Shown one piece after another: positions 62,709 through 64,000 of a stretch of 64,000 nt of DNA. The position numbers and the translations under genes were made by a program. Each line of letters begins with the position of its first letter. Within the stretch, counting starts at the first letter, position 1. Origin of the DNA: a virus (taxonomy: Duplodnaviria; Caudoviricetes); the IMG/VR virus record IMGVR_UViG_3300031998_000083, positions 556 to 64,555 of that record; one strand, written 5' to 3'. The notes under the pieces are model-generated. The model saw nothing but the letters and a program-made list of their open reading frames with translations, ran no database searches and was not told the origin of the DNA.

Positions 62709-64000
62709 TTAGACGTTGCCGGTGTACACAACCCACTGGTCGGAATCCTCGTCCCACTGCCATACCTTGTCACCGTCGAGTACGACGCCAGTGTACTCAG
62801 ACCAGCTGTCGGTCTCGTAGATGTAGTACTTTCCTTCCTCGTAGGTCACGGTGTCTGGAGCGGTACCGACCACGATATCCTGAGTAGGAGCGATGATGTC
62901 GCCCTCTGCGGGATCGGCGGGCAGTGCGCTCACCTTCGTCACCTCGCCGTCCTCGGAGAGCAGGCCGTCGAAGGAGATGATCATGCCGTCCGTCGGGTTG
63001 CTGGGGATGGCGTCCACCAACTCGATAGGCTCGGTGTCGTCGCTGATGTTCTTGTCGATGATCTGGTCAGAGGGACCGACGAGCAGCGAGTTCTGTCCGC
63101 GGAGTGCCAGGGCGCCGATCTCAATATAGGTATAGCGCATGGCCTCGCGTGCATCGTTGCCGGCCTTGTTCAGGTCGATGTTCGACTCCTTCTTCACCTT
63201 ATGGTAGTAGCGGGCGATCTGGAGGGGCACTGCGACGCAGAAGTCCTCATAGCCGATCTCATCCATCATCGGGGCGTATGTGATATGCAGCGTACCGAAG
63301 TTGGAGACGAGGTCGCGCACCACGATGCCGTAGTCGGTCTTCTTGTGGTCGTACTTGGCGTCCATGTGCTTGATGATCTCCTCCATGTTGGCAATCTCGG
63401 CCACCTTGTTCTTACCGCACAGCAGGTAGGCCTCGGTGGTCTCGGCATACTTGGTGAACATGATCTTGCCGATGGCGGTGATGTGTGCGTACTTGAACTT
63501 GCCTTCGATGCCCAGCGTGTTCGTCAGCTGGCGGAGGATACCCTCGGAGGTATATACATACTCCTCGTTGCCGTCCTTCGTGCGCATGAGGTAGCGGGTC
63601 TGAACGCCGTCCCACAGGTCGCGCTCGAACTTCTTGGAGAAGTTGGCCAGTGCCTGGTCGCGCATCTCGTCGAATCCCCACGGGGTCTTCTTCAGGATCT
63701 CACGCTCATGGTCGGTGATAAGGATATTGAAGAGGCGCTTCTGCAGATATACACGGGTCGAGCGGGGCTGGCTGTTGTCGGGAGATACGATCTTCTGCGA
63801 CTCGGAGCCTGCATAGCTGGAGACATACAGCTCGGTGTTGGCGGGGATGGCAGGCACGAGGTAGTCGCGCATGTAGTCGCTCATGGTTCCCTCCACCTTT
63901 GCCTTACCGTTCAGCGGACGGAGCGTCACCTCGTCCTCGTCGGCTGCGCTGACATACAGCACAAGGTCGCCGCTGGTCTTGGTGGTGCTGCCCCTCTGGT
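62709..64000 (-). CDS. Major capsid protein (5'-truncated by the window)
   Basis: Frame open to 64000; 'YLQKRLFNILIT', 'FERDLWDG', 'GILRQL', 'SNFGTLHI', 'EAMRYTYIE' resemble an HK97-fold Bacteroidota MCP. Confidence 0.8.
   Translation of the reverse strand, partial: QRGSTTKTSGDLVLYVSAADEDEVTLRPLNGKAKVEGTMSDYMRDYLVPAIPANTELYVSSYAGSESQKIVSPDNSQPRSTRVYLQKRLFNILITDHEREILKKTPWGFDEMRDQALANFSKKFERDLWDGVQTRYLMRTKDGNEEYVYTSEGILRQLTNTLGIEGKFKYAHITAIGKIMFTKYAETTEAYLLCGKNKVAEIANMEEIIKHMDAKYDHKKTDYGIVVRDLVSNFGTLHITYAPMMDEIGYEDFCVAVPLQIARYYHKVKKESNIDLNKAGNDAREAMRYTYIEIGALALRGQNSLLVGPSDQIIDKNISDDTEPIELVDAIPSNPTDGMIISFDGLLSEDGEVTKVSALPADPAEGDIIAPTQDIVVGTAPDTVTYEEGKYYIYETDSWSEYTGVVLDGDKVWQWDEDSDQWVVYTGNV

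Noticed and set aside
1-64000. tRNA/rRNA genes and stop-codon recoding
   Set aside because: No cloverleaf recognised; long genes read intact in code 11 and TAG is used as a stop (e.g. the giant gene).

Overview
The window is almost a whole (~64 kb) temperate phage genome of a Bacteroidota host, probably Prevotella-like. The host call rests on TAnnTTTG promoters, HU-like and DUF4248 genes and a BspA/dockerin cargo gene. The major capsid gene runs off the right edge, and a gene that looks like its N-terminus starts at the left edge. An intact attP with five arm repeats lies beside the integrase. Together these suggest an excised, circularly permuted genome (inference). Modules: portal, ring proteins and TerS; TerL, rhomboid and a tail-nozzle protein (podovirus-like); an antirepressor operon; a 5216-aa polyvalent ejection-type protein; integrase/attP; holin, amidase and spanin; an early/replication operon; cI/cro; a five-gene operon of unknown function; an LRR moron; tail fibre and head genes. 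Main hidden signals: (1) the giant gene contains a complete out-of-frame gene right after its zeta-toxin-like kinase domain; (2) it also contains an antisense promoter plus a ~100-nt structured RNA right after its PBECR RNase domain, so both toxin-like domains may carry embedded antidotes; (3) a C4/CI-type antisense RNA switch controls the antirepressor; (4) a phage-specific promoter class AATTATATGAAAGA-N18-TAnnTTTG heads the late operons; (5) a rhomboid protease sits in the packaging operon while the probable capsid N-terminus is signal-peptide-like; (6) a pseudoknot-type ncRNA lies between convergent promoters. All family calls come from motif recognition by eye; no database searches were run.
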